This document shows positions 12,101 to 25,738 of a DNA stretch of 64,000 bases, in pieces (the stretch's first letter is position 1; every line of letters starts with the position of its first letter). Source of the DNA: Neoconidiobolus thromboides FSU 785 (lineage: Eukaryota; Fungi; Entomophthoromycota). The notes under the pieces are model-generated. The model was not told the DNA's origin. It ran no database searches and saw nothing but the letters and a program-made list of their open reading frames with translations. The stretch lies in the NCBI GenBank assembly GCA_025603075.1, contig MU626266.1, positions 1-64,000 on the forward strand, read 5' to 3'. A program made the translations under genes and the position numbers.

Positions 12101-13554
12101 ATACATTAATAAGTGAACGTGATTTATTACCACCTAATAATACAAGATTATATCAATTAATATTAGAATATGATTTTACTGTTACTAATCTTCAAACACC
12201 AGTTACATTACAATTACAATATTCACAAAGTATGGAAAAGTTTTTATATGATTCCTTTTTAGATGGCTTTTTTGTAATTATTTATGATGCTTTTAATAAG
12301 CCAATTTCATATGACGAGGTATCACCAAGAAATCATACATTACCTTATTTAGGAGATTATAAAATTAAAATAGAATTAAATCATATTGATCCAAAAATAT
12401 TAGATAAATTAAAAAATGATTCAATATTAGGTTTAAAATTCAAATTGCCAAAAAATAAAGAGACTTCGTTAAACTTTTATAATCATCCTCATTTAGATTA
12501 TATCAACGGAAGTAATACTTTACAAAGAATGGATTTGAAGAAAAAAGAATTTAATTCAATTTATTTAAAATCATCTGGATTCATTGATAACATTGATGCT
12601 AAAGCAGGTGATTTATTATTGGGCAGTATTAATTTTGCTGTAGATAATGGATTAAGTAATAATGAGAAATTAAGTATTGGTATGTTAATACCACCCAAAA
12701 TTAATTTAAAAGATTCAGAAGAAGAAAATAAAGCTCCTGCTTATGATGAAGTATTCATTACAGAAGAAGATAAAATGGAGTTTAAATTAATTAAAAGCCA
12801 ATTAGAAAGTATTGATAATAGTAACAATTCAGAATGGAAATTAAAACAAATGGAGAAAATAATAAATTCAATTAAAGAAAATCTATTTAAATCAACAGCA
12901 CAAGAAGAAAAAGATCAAAAAGAGTGTCAATTACGTTATAAATTAGAAATTATTCATAATTTAATTAATAGTTTAATTAATGTATCTAAATTAGATAAAT
13001 TACCTTTATTTGAAGATAGTCAATATAATACAATTGTAGAATCAATTTACAATCTTAGTGAAGAATTGATTAACTCTAATGAAATTCGAACTTATTTTAA
13101 TTTAAAAAAGAAGGATATCAAAGTTCAATCTAAATATGAAATTCAACGTAATATTTTAGATAAAGTTCAATTATTAAAACTGTTAATAGAGATTTCTAAA
13201 ATCAATGAGGAAAAGGAAGTTGAGTTAAATCAGATTCAACAGTTAAAAGATATTTTAATTAATGTACAATCAAATGATTCCGGATTAAGTAATGGTAGTG
13301 ATTATTTAATATTATTATCTGAAATTCAAATCCATCAATTTTCAAATGAATATGGATTAGCTCTTAAAAAGGTTATAGAATATTCAGAAAAGAAATTAAT
13401 CTATTCAAGTAAAAATAAACAAAAACTAGGTTATCTTTTAGATCTTCAGACTAGTTTAATTAAGAAATTAAAATATGACTCAGTATGGAAATCATTTATT
13501 TCAAACAAAAAGTTAATTCAATTTCCTGATATCAAAAATGAAATTTATGGTTAA
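9185..13554 (+). CDS. TPP2: Tripeptidyl-peptidase II (subtilase S8), multi-exon
   Basis: Spliced N-terminus [41 protein letters not shown] (catalytic Asp), [26 protein letters not shown] (His), [15 protein letters not shown] (Ser), and a long TPP2 C-terminal region. Confidence 0.95.
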
Positions 13555-13613
13555 TTTGATTTAAATAAAATAAAATTAATTCAAGCCAAATTATTATATT
13601 TATATATATTATA

Positions 13614-14872
13614 TTAAATTCTATTGTTTTGTTTTAACATTTTATAAATAAAATGATTTTCACCTAAACTATAATTTAATGATTTTTTTTGATAATAATT
13701 TTGCATTAATTCAATATTTTCAATAATGTCAGATAACAAATGAGCTTGTTCCACTAACATACCAGGTGCACTAATATTTTCAACATGAGTTACATGTACA
13801 TGAAAATGATCTATATAAGTAAGAATTTAATTAATAAACTTAACAAACATAATCCTGTTATATTTAGAAAAATAAAACATCAAAATACTTACAATAACTT
13901 GGTGGATAATGAACATATAATTTCAATTGATTTTTTTGAACTTCTCCATTAAACTTCTTCTCTACTATTTGAGGTACTGTATTTAATATATTTTTCAATA
14001 AAGGTAAATCTTCTTTTGATAAGTGTCTTAAATTCTGAATCTTCTTTCTAACAATAACTAAAAGATACAATGAACTCATAGTTTGACGATCCCATTTACT
14101 AAGTTAATAGTTATTTTAGTAATTGTTAAAACAAATAATAATTCGTCCACAATAATCTACTAAAATTAAAATTCAATTCCAATTCTTACCTATCAGGCAT
14201 TAAGACAAATCCTGTATCCTCATCTTGATCATTAAAAATAATACTCTCTTGCTCTTTTTCTCCATTTAAAATATTATAAACCCAATCAATATGCTTTCCC
14301 GGTAATTCATTAATCGATGGTAATACAATCTTTTCATAATCGTCTATAGTTTCTTTAATCATAATCCGTTTTTGATAGCTATATTTATTAATATGCTAAC
14401 AAACAAAATTTTAAATTATTATAAATTAAAAGAGGTTAAGTATAGGTAAAGAGAAATAGAAATAGCAGCTTACTATTTGAGTAGCCGGATAAATCAATTG
14501 TAATTTAATATCAAAATAAGAAGCTTGAGTAATTTTATTGTTGTTCAAATTTCCTTGAAACCAATAATAAATATCATTATTATCTACCATTTTCAAGTCC
14601 TTGATTCTTGAGACCAATACATTCCTACCTTCGTTATTACTCTCATTATCCTTCTTTTGAATACTATATCCTTCTTTTTCTCCCTTGTCGCTATTAGAGA
14701 AGTTGGTTTTTAAGTCCATTAATTCAAATTGTAATTTCTCTAAAAACAATAAAGCTTCTTTTTTTTGATCATTCTCTTGTATGTATCCTAATAATACCAC
14801 CTTCTTTAATGCTGGATCTTCATGGATTAATTGTTCATATTGAAACCGTTGAATTAATTGAGTGCAACTCAT
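13614..14872 (-). CDS. DCS1: m7GpppX diphosphatase (scavenger decapping enzyme DcpS), multi-exon
   Basis: Spliced HYPPSYYHFHVH HIT motif; DIKLQLIYPAT; AHLLSDIIENIE; LGENHFIY. Stop at 13614-13616. Confidence 0.92.
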
Positions 14873-15322
14873 CTTTAGTAAATTTCAATCAAGAAGAAAT
14901 TTGGATTAAAATCTTTTTTGATTATTTTAATAATGAAGTCTTGTTTTTTATTGCAACTATTAAAATTGAGTTTCTTTGAATCAAATCAAATATTAATTTC
15001 AATCAATTTAGCTTTAGAATCTGCACAATAATTAAAAATTTTAAACAACGTCTACTTAAAAGAATTCATTGAGTTTTCACCAAAATAATAATTGTATTGA
15101 AATATTTAGCCTTTTGTTTTAAAATTAGGATGATATAAAATTAGAGCTGAAATCATAGTAAATATTAGTTTTATATAAATACATTAAGCAAAAAAAGTTA
15201 AAACAGTAATAATTATTATAGAGTATAAACTAAAAAAGTAAAAACTAAAACTTTGTTAATTTGTTAAAGTAATAATCCAATGTTTCACAAAATAATGGAT
15301 AAAAATATAAACTCAATAGTAT

Positions 15323-15424
15323 ATATGGTAATGTTTTTTTCGATTTCATTACTTTTCCATTTCTAAGCGCTATTTGATTGGAAAGGTTATTAGTAAAATT
15401 CTTACATAAAATACATCCCCATAT
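15323..15424 (+). mobile_element. MITE copy 6
   Basis: ATATGGTAATGT...TAAGCGCTATTTGA...ACATCCCCATAT. Confidence 0.9.
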
Positions 15425-15493
15425 ATAAAGCGATAGAACGAACAGCATTTTAAAGTGATATAATAAATGACAGTATAAGAATATTTTTATATT

Positions 15494-15600
15494 ATATGGG
15501 GATGTTTTTTTTAGCTTCATTATTTTTTCCATCTTTTAAGCGCTACTTGAGCGGAAAGATTGCTAATAAAATTCTTAAACACAAAAATACATCCCCATAT
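15494..15600 (+). mobile_element. MITE copy 7 (near consensus)
   Basis: Perfect ATATGGGGATGT/ACATCCCCATAT termini. Confidence 0.92.
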
Positions 15601-17278
15601 ACTTAAATTTACATCCTTGGCAGAAAGTGAAATAATGGAGAACAATAAATTAATATTTTTATAATTTTATTTAATAATATCTTTATTATTTCAATTATTA
15701 TGGTGTTAACTATTTTTTTAGAAAATTATTTCAGAATACTCAAAGAACCTAATATAGAAAAAACTACATTACCTGATAAATAATGATATAAATTGAATAA
15801 AAATTTTTTTACCCTACTATCTTTTATCTTATAAGTCTGACATTGAATTATTATGGGTTGATATCGGTAGAACCAAAAGATTAAAAAATAAGGCCTCTTA
15901 TTTCAATAGATAAATTGATACACCAAATATAGATGTAAATAACTAACAATCGACCATTACAATTGAAGCCAAATTCCTCAATAATCTAACGGAATGATTA
16001 TAATACAATACAACCGATTTAAGAGGAGTATGATAGAGGTGAATTTTTTGCAATAATTATCGGAAGTCAATGCTAGCTTAAATTCCTTAATATCAAAACA
16101 AAAGCGTTACAAAGGATATAGGATAACAAATGTATCAGTTAAAAATTCAACTAAATTCAAGAAGTCAATTGAATAAAGTAATACAAAAATCAATTTGAAG
16201 CAGATAGTTATAGATTATTACAAAATTGACTCCATCTATTTTTATTTTTTGGAAATTATGGCCAGTAATATGATATTTTCAAAGTTAAATTCAAATGATT
16301 TACTATTAAAAGCCCAAATAAAATAGTTGAGTTATAAAATAGTAGGTGTTTTAATAGCTTCATATTCATTTATTGTATTATTTGGTTGAAGAAAATTAAT
16401 GATAATAAAAGTATATGCGCTTTCAAAATTTAAATAGGCCCAAATACTTTATATAAAGCTTTAGGAACAAGTAAACTAAATAAATTCACTGTATAACAAA
16501 GACAATACAACTAAAAAGAAAAAGAAGTAAATAGAATCATATAATTATTATAGTATTTATAGAATAATATCAATCATCCGTTAATCTGAAGCATTATTAC
16601 AATAACAAATATAGCTATTTAATAACATCACTTATAAATTTTATATTTTATGCAAACAAATCAGAGAGACTTCCAAGTGTAAATGTTAAAGTAGTTTCTG
16701 TTAATGGTTCAGACATCAGTCATGACGCTATAATATAGAGATGCTAGCTATCCTTGTGAAATCAGCGATTTTATTGTACATTCCCCACTCCTGGTAACTC
16801 TAATAAATAGAAATATCCGTTTGAATATTTTAATCCTTTGAGTTGATCGTATTAATTTCTTATGTATCGTATAAATAATTATATAATTATTGTTATTAAA
16901 AAAAGTAAAACTCAAGATAGTTATCAATTGAAAAATATAATCCTTGATAATTCAAGACTTATTTTTTATCACCTATTTGTCTAATAAAACAATATTACAT
17001 GACCCAAAATTTATACCGTTTTAGTCTATAATTTTTAAATAAATCCGTCTTTATAGTAGTTTATAGTTTAAGTGTTATCATTTATTACTTGCTATTTTAA
17101 TTTATATCATAAATAGTTTTATAAGTACATTTTATATTTTTGGTATTTATCTTAACTTTTGAAATTGAAAATTGGTTTTATGGAAATGGTGTGCAAAAAA
17201 GGCATATTTCTGCATGATTTCTGCAGTAAACTTAAATTAAAAAATTGGCTAAAAATTAATTTTTAAATTTTAAAAAAA

Positions 17279-18814
17279 ATGAAGCGAAAGGTTACAAGAA
17301 AAACTAAAGAAAAAGAGATAGAAAAAAATGAAATAGAAAGCAAGGAAGGTAATAGAAAAAGAAAAACCAAAGTTAAAAAGTTTTAATTAAATTTGGAATT
17401 TTATAGGTTTAGTAGAAAAGAGAAGTAAAAAAGTGGGCGAAGGGATCGAAGAGGTCGAACAGCAAGCGGAGCAAGGAGTAATAGATTCTACTAAAATTAC
17501 GCCTGCAGAAGTAGCTCTTATATTAGAGCAATTGGCTAAATCGAATATTCAGACTTCAACCCAAGTTCAATCAATTATGGAGCAAAGTTTAAAAATGGGA
17601 GTTCAGCAAGAAGGATCGGAAGGAATGGATAATGCGAGTAACATGATAGAACCCAATGTGAATTTGGCAACTAATTTGAAGAATTCTTTGACAGTCAAAA
17701 AAATAGCTCCTAAACCAACAATGCCAGTATTAGCTACCAGTGATCTTATACTACAAGTATGATCAAATCAAATGTGGAAAATTTATTTTATTAATGATTT
17801 TTAGTCAGTTGCCAATATGCTACCTAATTCAAGTAATTTCAAAGGACTAAATTCAGTCGAAACTTATGGTATAAGGCCTACAACTACTCGTGGTAGGGGT
17901 AGGGGTAAAATGAGAGCCAATTCAAGAGGAGAGAAGGCAATTATCACTTTAGATATAAATAAAAAACCAAGCTAATTGATAATAGGTAGATGAATATCAT
18001 AAAGAACCAACCATGAGCTATTTACGCCAAATAAGTGATTACAAATTAAAGAACATGGTTGTTGTAAAAGATGTTAATGTAGACGATGAATTTAATATAG
18101 GTAAATAATTAAAATCTTCGTTTTTATTTATTTGATATTTTATAGTGAAATTACAAAATGCTAGAGAAATCTTAGATCTTTTGCCTAAAGAGGAAGAATC
18201 ATATAATTGGCTATCAACTGTTACTGAAGTAAATTTTATTATTAATATTCTGTTTTATTTTTATCTTTATTTTTGTTTAGAATTTAGAAGATAATCTTAA
18301 AAAAGTCTCTGGTAATTTTTTCAGTATATACATTTATATTATATTTACATTAATTTAGATAAAAGTCCTGCAATTAAAGAAATATACCAATTTATGATAT
18401 ATAGTTTAAAAGAAGCAAACAACAAATTAGATGAAAATGAAGATAAAGTTGAATTAAATGAAGAAGGTAGACTCAGCTTTTACTACTAATTGTTGTTTAT
18501 TAAATGTTATTTTAGCAAGAAAAATAGTACAATTTTTAATAGCAAGGATGTACCAGAATGTTGGAAGGGACCCAGCGATATTAAATCATATTGGCAAAAA
18601 ATTAAAAAATATACTGGTCAATGATATCAAAAATAAATTAACCAACACATCAAATGGACAATTAGACGAATCAAATCCTAATGATAGTAATGGAAGTGCA
18701 TTACCTCCTGTTTCTTTTGCTCCCTACGCTTCTTATTTTAATCGTCCTTCTTATAATCTTTTAAATGTTACATCTTCTTATCTTAACGCTAATTTATATA
18801 AAAAAGATTTATAA
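17279..18814 (+). CDS. Hypothetical multi-exon protein (charged N-terminus, RG-rich patch)
   Basis: ATG at 17279. A chain of GT-AG introns links ORF 17433-17762, the exons encoding TTTRGRGRGK and YLRQISDYKLKNMVVVKD, and ORF 18458-18814 in frame. No family recognised. Confidence 0.6.
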
Positions 18815-20317
18815 TTCCTTATCTTAAATAGATGGATTTTACCACCTTTTACCTTTTTTATTTTAAAGCAAAAGCAAATGTATTTTTGATATGTACTATC
18901 AAAGTGAAACATGTAAATAAAACAAATCAGAAGTAACCTCAACCAATTGGAAGAGATAACGTATTCCTAAACGTTGTTGTTGATTACTTTTATCAATTAC
19001 ATATCACTGTTGCTGTCACTATTTCTTTATTATGGTATAAAATGAATATCTCCTCTCACTTATTTGTTCACTTCTTGAGCTTAAAATTCACAAATACGAC
19101 GACTAAGCTCTTATTCAAAAAAAACATTTTCATGTAAAATTGACTAAAATTGGCTAAAATTGAATTAACACATGACTTACTTTCACCCAAACTCTCTTTT
19201 ACAACATTCTACACTCAGTCTCTAATCATGCCCTTGCTTCTCTCAATGTTTCTTCTTTCTTTCAATTCACTTTACTTTAACGGCTAGTACACATTTCCTA
19301 CTTTTTATATTTGCATAATTAAAAACATAAGGTTCGTCTTAGATTTAAAAATACATATGTATCTATTGGTTTTTGAGCATTTATTAGAAAACGGCTTTCT
19401 TTAGCAAGCACTGTATTATATTAGGTCAATTACAAGATAACCTTACAGATTCATGCATATGAAGAAATAAGAATTATAATTGCAACAGTAAATCTTTTTT
19501 AAGTCTAAAAGTAAAATTATTTATATATAATTTTTTTATAGTATTACAGTTATTCCCTTTTACCTATCTTTTGCCTATCTAAGACTGTAAGGCTATCTTA
19601 TGACCAAGCCAATACTTATTATTTTAAATACTAGGCTTTAGATTTTGCTTACATGAAATTTAAAAACATAGCTTAAATAATCAAAACTACAATCATACCT
19701 AAACCGAGTATAGTTCTTATATGTCTAGATAGTAGTATAAAGGTTTTATTTATTTATTTTTAAAACAGAAAGATCCTATATCCCTTCAACAAATAAATGA
19801 TATATATTCTTACTTAATGCAAGTGTACTTTGAAAATAAAAAATTCATGAATCGAATACTAAGTGTAATTATTTACTCGTTTTGAATCAGCTAATGGGAT
19901 AAATGTTTTTTTAGTATATATGTACAAAACACCAATTAAGGTACCTTATTATTTTATAAGCAGCAAAGTCAACTTAATCATGAGACTTAGTAATAGTCAC
20001 TATAGTTTATACTCTATCTTTTGAGAAAAAAACTTGAAAATGGCATAATATCAACTAACAAAAAATAGAAAGAAAAGAAAAAGAAAATAGAAACTGTGAA
20101 GCTTTAATCAGATATGATAGAAAAACCACTGGCACCTTATGTGGATAGTGCTATTTTTCAGAGTTCAAAGAATGAAAAGACAAGTGTAAAAAGTAGGATA
20201 AAATATATTTCTATTACAAACTACTTTGCTTCTTATAAAATCTAATATGTTTATAGTTAATTTTGGATGAGCAATATTAGCCTGATAAAAAAACTAAAGC
20301 TAAAGCTGTTATACTAA

Positions 20318-20770
20318 TGAGGTCCATGTTTTCATTCTTCCTTTACATTGATAAATTTGCCTTATCTGAAGATTTGCCATCCTTTTAAGGTTATGCTTAT
20401 AATTATAAAAGTTAAAACTCTGACTGGACACATGAAACCCTCGAAAAAATAAATAAAATTAAAGAAAAATTCAGGAAGGGTGGTATTAAATGCAAATGTG
20501 ATTTTTATACTCAAAAAGGGATGGTGTCCTATGTAGCTTGTATCGTATTCAAGAAGAAAGAAAACATGACATGTGAAAAAAACCAAGATAAAGTTAATGA
20601 TTTATTTAATCTTTAAAAGTGTAAAAAGAACACAGACAGAGTCACAAATTTTGATTACATTGAAAATTATGAGCATAATGGCGACAATTACCATGCAATT
20701 TGTTTGAATGAGGTTTAAAACCTATGTGGTCCAGTTGGAACGCAAATAACTAGGTACAAAACTGCATATG
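20318..20770 (+). pseudogene. Pseudogene of the Cys-rich secreted protein at 22622
   Basis: Encodes GIKCKCDFYTQKG, KKKENMTCE, AICLNE and LCGPV, matching 22622-23053, but with several in-frame stops. Confidence 0.8.
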
Positions 20771-20939
20771 ATGCTAAAAAGAGTACAAATAATGTCAAAA
20801 AACTTAAAGGTATTTTGTTATCTTTGCTATTTCAATAGAGTCAAACACCTAGATTCTTTATCCTTTGCATCGGTTGACATCTTCTCATTTTGCTTTTTCT
20901 TAACTTTGCGTGCTTCATTATTAGTTAGCTGTATTTAAT

Positions 20940-21044
20940 ATATGGTGATGTTTTTTTGACTTCATCACTTTTTCTATCTTAAGCGCTATTTAAGTAGAAA
21001 AATTGTCAATAAAATTCTTAAACCTAAAAATATATCCTCTTATA
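20940..21044 (+). mobile_element. MITE copy 8
   Basis: ATATGGTGATGTTTTTTTGACTTCATCAC...TTAAGCGCTATTTAAG...AAAATTCTTAAAC. Confidence 0.85.
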
Positions 21045-21241
21045 TAATGACATTTATTCATAATAAAAGATATACTTTATTAAAATCTATAAAAATTAAC
21101 AATTATTAATTCCACAGCTTTCTTAAAGGATGTCTTATCCTAGAATTAATTTATGTATAAAGGTGCGAAAATATCTCAATTTCATCCTTGCAATTTCACA
21201 TGCAGTAAACTGTTCAAATTACTTAGTAATTGATAGTGACC

Positions 21242-21346
21242 ATATGGGGCTGTTTTTTTTGGTTTCATTATTTTTCCATTTTTTAAGCACTATTTGAGTG
21301 GAAAGATTGTAGTAAAATTCTTAAACAAAAAAATACATCCCCATAT
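21242..21346 (+). mobile_element. MITE copy 9
   Basis: ATATGGGGCTGT...TTAAGCACTATTTGAGTGGAAAG...ACATCCCCATAT. Confidence 0.9.
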
Positions 21347-22021
21347 CCTAAATTTGACTTGAACATCAAATTTCATTTTTAATTTGCCATTTCTGTCCAT
21401 TCACTCTTATTTCCACACAAGCCACAAGCCCTTTCGAAAAACTGCTTTTTGAAATTTTGAGTAAATTGCTTTGATTTTTAATTGTCTCCTATTATCATGT
21501 ATCTAATTATTACAATAACTATAGACATATTACGCTAAGCTTCACGGATCTCTTTTGTTCAAATACATAAATAGCTATATATATGATAAAACCAAGTATT
21601 TTAAATACACTTAATATATACAGTATAGGTTGATTACATAATATTTGGTTTATTAAAACCATCACATAATGATAAAGTTAAAGTCATTTGAAGCTGAATA
21701 GATTGGTGCTCCCTTCCTGTCAAAAGGATGTTCACGCTATATGATCAAGAGCTTATTAGAAGTTCCATTATGCCAATTTCAAGTTAGTTTACACAACACA
21801 ATTAATCGTTGGCAGGAAGTACTGCTTACCCCTAGGTAACTTCTAGTTCATAGTTGATGACCATGTCAGATTAAATTAATATCCAGAGAGATACACTTAT
21901 GAATAAAGATGTTTATTGTATACTAATATAACTTTAAATATAAAAGTAATATTTGGAAACCCTTTGACTCGAAGCAAATTTACTTTGATATCACTTTAAA
22001 TACATATTTCAGTTTAAATAT

Positions 22022-22127
22022 TTGGGAATGTCCCTTTTTGATTTCATCACTTTTTCCATTTTTTAAGCGCTATTTGAGCAGAAAGATTGTTAGTAAAATT
22101 CTTAGACAAAAAAATATATCACCCCAT
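22022..22127 (+). mobile_element. MITE copy 10
   Basis: TTGGGAATGT...TTAAGCGCTATTTGAGCAGAAAG...ATCACCCCAT. Confidence 0.85.
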
Positions 22128-22621
22128 TTACTACTTTTGGCGCTCAGTAACATTTTAATAAATCAGTATATATAAATGTCATTGAATCACCCCATAATTT
22201 ACACATCAATCCTCACACTTTCGCACTTATTTATGCTGCAGGAGTAGCTGTTTAAAGGTCATTACAAAAAATACATATACCCTTTGATAGTGTAGAATTT
22301 ATACCTACATTTAGAAAGTATCAAAATACCACAGGCTGCTAAAGTTTTACTTAGGATTGTATAAAACTTAATATTTCAAGTACAAGATCTAACTTTTATT
22401 TTAATTCCACTTATAAAGAATATATACCATCATGCATATTCAATAAATCATTCAAGTTATTGATTTAGTGCAGATACGAGTAAAATAACAAGGTTGGACC
22501 TTGGCAAGAGTCATGCTATCAACTAATTAATTAGTTAAAATAGAAGAACAATTTAATGAAGAGGAAGTACAAACTATATACACAAATCTAATAATGAGAC
22601 TAAATTAGAACCAAAATACCA

Positions 22622-23053
22622 ATGAAACTTACCGTTTTTTTCTTACTCTTTGCTACTCAATTTACACTATCCGAAGGTACACCCGCGATTAGCGGCTATG
22701 CCTATAGCTGTGAAGGTGAAATCTTTGACAATTTAGATGAAGCCAAAGAAAGATTTAGAAAAGACGGGATTAAATGCAAATGCGACTTTTATACTGAAAA
22801 AGGAGTTATATCTTATGCATCCTATATTGTATTTGAGAAAAAAGAGAACACAACATGTGAGAGGAATCAACAAGAGAGTATTAGTCTATTTCACCCTTCA
22901 AAATGTAAGAATAACACAAATGGTGCCCGAATCTTTGATTTAATAGAAAATAATGTACATAATGAAGGGAATGACCACACAATTTGTTTAAATGAAACTA
23001 GAAGCCTATGTGGTCCAGTTGAAGCGCCAATAGCTGCGTATAAAGAGCTGTAA
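22622..23053 (+). CDS. Small Cys-rich secreted protein (143 aa)
   Basis: Signal-peptide-like start MKLTVFFLLFATQFTLS, 7 Cys, intact ORF, and a decayed paralog 2 kb upstream. Confidence 0.75.
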   Translation: MKLTVFFLLFATQFTLSEGTPAISGYAYSCEGEIFDNLDEAKERFRKDGIKCKCDFYTEKGVISYASYIVFEKKENTTCERNQQESISLFHPSKCKNNTNGARIFDLIENNVHNEGNDHTICLNETRSLCGPVEAPIAAYKEL

Positions 23054-23474
23054 GTAGACAAAAATGATACAGACAACATCAAAAAACCTAAAGCTAATTT
23101 ACTTTATTTTTATATTGATGCGTACTGGTTAGTTAGATTCCTCGTCTATCGTGTCAGCTAATGCCCTTCCATTTTATTCCTGCCCAAATTCATAAATTCT
23201 TTTACTATCTAGTTATGTTTATCTATAGTTAAGTTTAGTCAGGATAAACAGCCGCATTCTACCATGTATTCTTTTTAAAATAATACATACATTGTAAATA
23301 ACAGAATGATTTATAAAGTATTTGAACAAAAATATTTAATATGAATACAGACTTGTATAAAATATATATCAATATTATAACTTTCTTTTATTAAATTGGA
23401 AGTAAATAATTGTAGAATTCAAAACTGTTGTTTACATAGCTTCTAAAAGCTTCACTCCTAGTTTTTGAACCAAC

Positions 23475-23582
23475 ATATGGGGATGTTTTTTTTTGGCTTC
23501 ATTACTTTTTCCACCTTTTAAGCGCTATTTGAGTGGAAAAATTGCTATTAAAATTCTTAAATACAAAAACATATCCCCATAT
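23475..23582 (+). mobile_element. MITE copy 11
   Basis: ATATGGGGATGT...TTAAGCGCTATTTGAGTGGAAAA...ATCCCCATAT. Confidence 0.92.
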
Positions 23583-24147
23583 GTACAAAGTTGCAAAATT
23601 ATTTTGATTTCACCCCAATACCTCTATGTATAATAACTATGAGTATGCTTAATAGCTAAACACAATCATATTTCAAGTTTAATTTTAGCATCCTTAAATT
23701 TTATTCCTCACCCTATATTTTTCCTCATTAATTTTTATTCATACATAAGCTGTGAGGTTTTTTCAAAAGCTATGTTATTTCAAACCTTCTTTAAGTCAAC
23801 TGGTTTGTTTTTAGTAAGTAGCTAATCATTAACATATAGTCAATGGTCTACATTAATACATTAGCTCTCATACATCAATAAAACAAGAACAATTTAGTAG
23901 CTGCTAAAGCAAACTCTCTGCTGCAAAATTTCATCTTTATTAAATTTTAAATGTAGACTATCTATATATATTCACCTATTAAATTATCCCCTAACTCTAA
24001 TTAACATTACATAATTCATAAGGATACTTGAAGCAGCATCCAGTGATTAGCTTTAGCTTAAAGTTAACCAACTATCTCAAAAAATTACATATTAATAAAA
24101 TTAAGTGAGATGTTTTATTTTAATATAACTTTAATATAAGAAGTCAC

Positions 24148-24246
24148 TATAAGATGTATTGTGTTTAAGAATTTTACTAACAAATTTTCCGCTTAAACAG
24201 TGCTTAAAAAATGAAAAAAGTAGTGAAGTCAAAAAAAACATTACCA
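24148..24246 (-). mobile_element. MITE copy 12 (eroded ends)
   Basis: GATGTATTGTGTTTAAGAATTTTACTAAC...CAGTGCTTAAAAAATG...GAAGTCAAAAAAAACAT. Confidence 0.8.
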
Positions 24247-24697
24247 AAGTTGTTTTACTTTTGTTCTAGATTTACTTGAGGATTAGATCATTATTTCTTT
24301 TATATATGGTATATATAACATAATCCTTACAGATAAGTATGAAGCTTTTGATATTTGATATTACAATTGTAGATACCTTAGCTCCGTCTTGATCTTAAAA
24401 AACTTTATTTTTTATTTTTTATTGCTTAAAAATTTTGACTAAATAGTCAAATATTAAAAGCTCAAGATACTGCTTTTATATACCAAGTACCTTTATATAT
24501 ATTAGATAAGAAAAATGACATAAATTATCAAACTATCGAATAATTTAATTAAAACGTAGTTTAAAATCATAAGTTTATTAATTTTTCGAACCAACGATGG
24601 AGCATTCCTCTAGTATTATAGAACCATAAAACTACAATACATTTATTGAAAACAACTCTTTTTCTAAGCTTGAACCATCATTTTTTAGTTCTAAAAC

Positions 24698-25738
24698 TTA
24701 TTTTTCTAACTTTGTTACTAATACTTTATCAGTTAAATAAATTAACTGCGTTTTATCAGAATAAATATTATCTTTACTACCAAAGGAATAAATCAAATGC
24801 TCTTTATAATAAACTAAACAGCCATTGTTATAAGATTCGAATCCATCTACTTTATATGACTTATCTACCTTAATAGTTGAAGTTTTTATACTGTAAACAT
24901 CATTCCCTTCTTTATCATCAGTACTACCTAATATATATGCAAACCCACTTCTATCATCAAAAACAGTTGAAAATTTAGATATAGCTGGAAATAGGCGACC
25001 CCCACTAAATGTATTTGTATTACTACTTCTAGCATCAGTGGACCAAGTATTATAACTTTTCCCGTCCTGATACTCACCATCGCTTGTTTTCCCTCCAAAA
25101 TTATGGATTGAAGACTTCAATGAGATGATACCACCACTAATACTTGTTTTATATTCTGATTGCTCCACTATCCAAACATTACTCTCTATATTATAAGTAA
25201 ACACCTTTTCATTATGTCCCATTTTCTTACTCCTGTTTGTATATTCGCCTCCAAAATAATGTATATTCCCAGTATCTAAATTGGCCAAGTAAGTGTTTGA
25301 TAACGTTGAGCCAATATTTTCTCGTTTAAGTAAAGTAGCTAGTTGTGTAGATGCCTTTTCGTTATTAGTCCATTTGTTTGTCTTTATATTATAAACCTGA
25401 AAGCTGGCGAAAATATCAGAACCTTCCCCTCCAATCATATAAATTTCATCTGAGTCTTTGACAGGTTGTATTATACTACCGTACATTGAAGAAGGTGCTT
25501 TGCTATTAATTTTGGTCCACTTTGCTTGGGTTTTATTGACCATGAAACTATCATTTAATAAATCCAACATGTATACATCCTTATTTGTTATTATCTTATT
25601 GTCACTATCCTGAGTTGAGCCACCTAAATAATAAATTTTATCTTTAACTAACATGCAGTTTCCGCCAGATAATTTTGGAGGGCTTTGAGCAAGGTGTTTA
25701 CCAAAAACAATGCTTATTAACAAAATCCAAAGCAGCAT
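24698..25738 (-). CDS. Kelch/galactose-oxidase-like beta-propeller protein with signal peptide, no TM (possibly truncated)
   Basis: Kelch-type repeats KIYYLGG, EIYMIGG, IHYFGG, IHNFGG, FAYILG. Colinear with 43113-44513 up to KTQLI, then stops. Confidence 0.8.
   Translation of the reverse strand: MLLWILLISIVFGKHLAQSPPKLSGGNCMLVKDKIYYLGGSTQDSDNKIITNKDVYMLDLLNDSFMVNKTQAKWTKINSKAPSSMYGSIIQPVKDSDEIYMIGGEGSDIFASFQVYNIKTNKWTNNEKASTQLATLLKRENIGSTLSNTYLANLDTGNIHYFGGEYTNRSKKMGHNEKVFTYNIESNVWIVEQSEYKTSISGGIISLKSSIHNFGGKTSDGEYQDGKSYNTWSTDARSSNTNTFSGGRLFPAISKFSTVFDDRSGFAYILGSTDDKEGNDVYSIKTSTIKVDKSYKVDGFESYNNGCLVYYKEHLIYSFGSKDNIYSDKTQLIYLTDKVLVTKLEK

Noticed and set aside
15650-16650. Possible decayed membrane-protein gene relics (also 770-2140 and 21560-21880)
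   Set aside because: Only short hydrophobic fragments between many stops are visible, and I could not assign a family or strand reliably.
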